Shown here one piece after another: positions 62,017-64,000 of a DNA stretch of 64,000 nt. The DNA comes from an uncultured Spirochaetota bacterium (GTDB lineage Bacteria; Spirochaetota; Spirochaetia; SZUA-6; Fen-1364). The notes under the pieces were generated by a model. That model was not told where the DNA came from, searched no databases, and saw only the letters and a program-made list of their open reading frames with translations. Within the stretch, counting starts at the first letter, position 1. Each line of letters begins with the position of its first letter. The stretch lies in the NCBI GenBank assembly GCA_963781885.1, contig CAWAHW010000001.1:256001-320000 (forward strand), given 5' to 3'. The position numbers were made by a program, and so were the translations under genes.

Positions 62017-63123
62017 ATGAAGTTCACCTGCTCACGAGACGACATACTCAAGGAGATCTCCATAGCGCAGGAGGTCATCTCTTCGAAAAACTCCCTATCC
62101 GTTCTTTCCAACGTTCTTCTCACCGCCTCCAAAGGACAGCTTTCCCTCCAGGCCACGGACTTGAAGGTCGGCTTCGAGACGAGCCTGCCCGTGGAGATCG
62201 TGCAGGAAGGGACGACCACCGCGTTCTGCGACAAGCTCCTGAACATCCTGCGCTCCCTTCCCGAAGGGGAGGTCGAGCTCGAGCAGGCCGATCCCACGAT
62301 GCTGCGCATCCGGCCGCTGTCGAAAAAAGTGGACTTCCAGCTGCGCTGCATCCCGTCGGACAAATACCCCGAGCTTGCGCGCGCGTCGGACAATATGTAT
62401 TTCGACTTTCCGCAGAAGGACTTCATCGAGATGGTCTCGCGCACTCTCTTCGCGGTGTCCGACGATGAAACGCGCTATTTCATGAATGGCATCTTCCTGG
62501 AAAAGCGCGACGACAATCTCATCATGGTGGCCACCGACGGACGCCGCCTCTCCTTCATCTCGCGCAAGATCGCCGTGCGCATGGAGAACATGAAGGGCGT
62601 GATCCTCCCGCCGAAGATCCTCACCATCGTGCGGAAGCTCTCGTCAGGTGAAGGCTCCCTGTCGCTCGCCCTCACGGACAAGAACGTGTTCATCAGGCTC
62701 GGGGCGACCCGCCTGTCTTCCAATCTCATCGACGGGCAGTTCCCCGACTATCGGCGCGTGATCCCCGACACGCAGAAACACAAGGCGCTGGTTGAAAAAA
62801 AGGCCCTCGAGGACGCCCTCCGCCGCGTGTCGCTCCTGGTCGAGCAGAAGTCGCGCAAGGTGGTCTTCTCCCTTTCCGACGGGGTGCTCACGATCATGTC
62901 CAAGGAGAGCGAGCTGGGAGTGGCAACGGAGGAGCTTCCCTGCGAGTACCAGGGGCCCGAGATGTCCTTTGCCGTGAATTGCCTCTACATGAGCGAACCC
63001 CTGCGGGAGATCGGGAGCGACAAGGTGAGCCTGGAGTTCAGCGACGTGAACAAGGCCATCACGCTGCGCCCCGTTCCCGACGAGGGCTATACGAACATCA
63101 TCATGCCCATGCAGCTGGACTGA
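62017..63123 (+). CDS. dnaN: DNA polymerase III beta clamp
   Basis: MKFTC after AAGGAGG; ATDL, DETRY..NG, VATDGRRL, LIDGQFPDY and IIMPM. Confidence 0.96.
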   Translation: MKFTCSRDDILKEISIAQEVISSKNSLSVLSNVLLTASKGQLSLQATDLKVGFETSLPVEIVQEGTTTAFCDKLLNILRSLPEGEVELEQADPTMLRIRPLSKKVDFQLRCIPSDKYPELARASDNMYFDFPQKDFIEMVSRTLFAVSDDETRYFMNGIFLEKRDDNLIMVATDGRRLSFISRKIAVRMENMKGVILPPKILTIVRKLSSGEGSLSLALTDKNVFIRLGATRLSSNLIDGQFPDYRRVIPDTQKHKALVEKKALEDALRRVSLLVEQKSRKVVFSLSDGVLTIMSKESELGVATEELPCEYQGPEMSFAVNCLYMSEPLREIGSDKVSLEFSDVNKAITLRPVPDEGYTNIIMPMQLD

Positions 63124-63136
63124 TGCCCCCATTTGC

Positions 63137-64000
63137 ATGGGCTTCGCGCAGCTTCGGTTCTTCAATTTCCGCAACCTGAAGGACCGCGAGCTCGCCCTGG
63201 GGGCGCGCGAAGTATTCCTCGTCGGCCGCAACGGCCAGGGAAAGACGAACCTGCTGGAGGCGGTGCACCTGCTCTCGATGGGCTCGTCATTCCGCGAGAA
63301 GCGCGACGCCGCCCTTCTCCGCGACCCCATCCAGGCAATGAGCCTGGGCGGCCGCTCCATCACCGCGGCCGGTGAGACCGGCTTCAGCCTTCAGATCGCG
63401 CCCGGCGGCGGCAAAGAGCTGCGGCTCAACGACCGGCCGATCCTGCACCGGCGCGAGCTCTTCTCCGAGGTCCTCTGCATCTGTTTCGTCCAACAAGACA
63501 TGGAGTTCGTGAGCGGCACACCGGAAGACAAACGCCGCTTTTTCGACCAGACCCTCATCCTCTCCGATCTCTCGTTCCTCGATACCCTGCGCGACTACCG
63601 GTTGGTGCTGAAATCGCGCAACCTGTGCCTGAAGGAGAAGCGGGACGACCTTCTGGACGTCTACGATGCCCAGCTCGCCGTCCTGGGCCTTGCCCTGCAG
63701 GCGCGCCGCGCGGAGCTCGTGCGGGAGTTCGATGCCGTCTTCGGACCCCTTTTCCGCCAGATCACCGGAGCCGATGTCGGCATGAGCATCCGCTACCGGC
63801 CGTCCTGGGAAGGCCTTCCCACGACCGACGATGTCTGTGCCCACCTTGCGGCCCGCCGGGAGCGCGACAGGCTGCTGGGGGCGACCACGTCCGGGCCGCA
63901 CCGGGACACGTGCCTTTACCTCCAGGGCGGCAAGGACTTCTGCCACGTCGCCTCCACGGGCCAGCTCCGTCTCTGCGCCCTCGTGCTGCGCGTCGCGCAG
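63137..64000 (+). CDS. recF: DNA replication/repair protein RecF, truncated by the window edge
   Basis: Not in the ORF track. Manual translation gives MGFAQLRFFNFRNL...VGRNGQGKTNLLEA...RRFFD...T.SGPHRD...ASTGQ. Confidence 0.92.
   Translation, partial: MGFAQLRFFNFRNLKDRELALGAREVFLVGRNGQGKTNLLEAVHLLSMGSSFREKRDAALLRDPIQAMSLGGRSITAAGETGFSLQIAPGGGKELRLNDRPILHRRELFSEVLCICFVQQDMEFVSGTPEDKRRFFDQTLILSDLSFLDTLRDYRLVLKSRNLCLKEKRDDLLDVYDAQLAVLGLALQARRAELVREFDAVFGPLFRQITGADVGMSIRYRPSWEGLPTTDDVCAHLAARRERDRLLGATTSGPHRDTCLYLQGGKDFCHVASTGQLRLCALVLRVAQ

Overview
High-GC bacterial chromosome segment spanning the replication origin. It is probably from a free-living anaerobic spirochaete (inferred from tRNA-Arg(GCG), lipoprotein signal styles and gene content; not verified). 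The right half is core housekeeping: gatC-gatA-gatB-aspS, recR-ybaB-dnaX-ffs, all four tRNA-Ser plus tRNA-Arg(GCG), parAB, nrdDG, two parS sites, gyrAB divergent from dnaA-dnaN-recF, and DnaA boxes on both sides of dnaA. The left half holds metabolic and accessory genes: transketolase, HAD hydrolases, fumarase, an omptin/lipoprotein pair, a membrane adenylate cyclase, an AcsE/archaeal-type GlyA/split PurH folate cluster, purine salvage with a BMP ABC transporter, and an ankyrin protein. Two items stand out. (1) A nested mobile-element stack at 22043-25328: an ISNCY element and a 120-bp ISNCY-type MITE share one target site, and an IS110/IS1111 element sits in the MITE terminal repeat; its non-coding end carries a bridge/seekRNA whose guide segments match that insertion site. 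(2) A GatB fused to a complete asparaginase/GatD-like domain that lacks the N-terminal catalytic Thr. Several apparent frameshifts near homopolymer runs suggest long-read assembly errors. All calls are from manual reading; no database searches were run.
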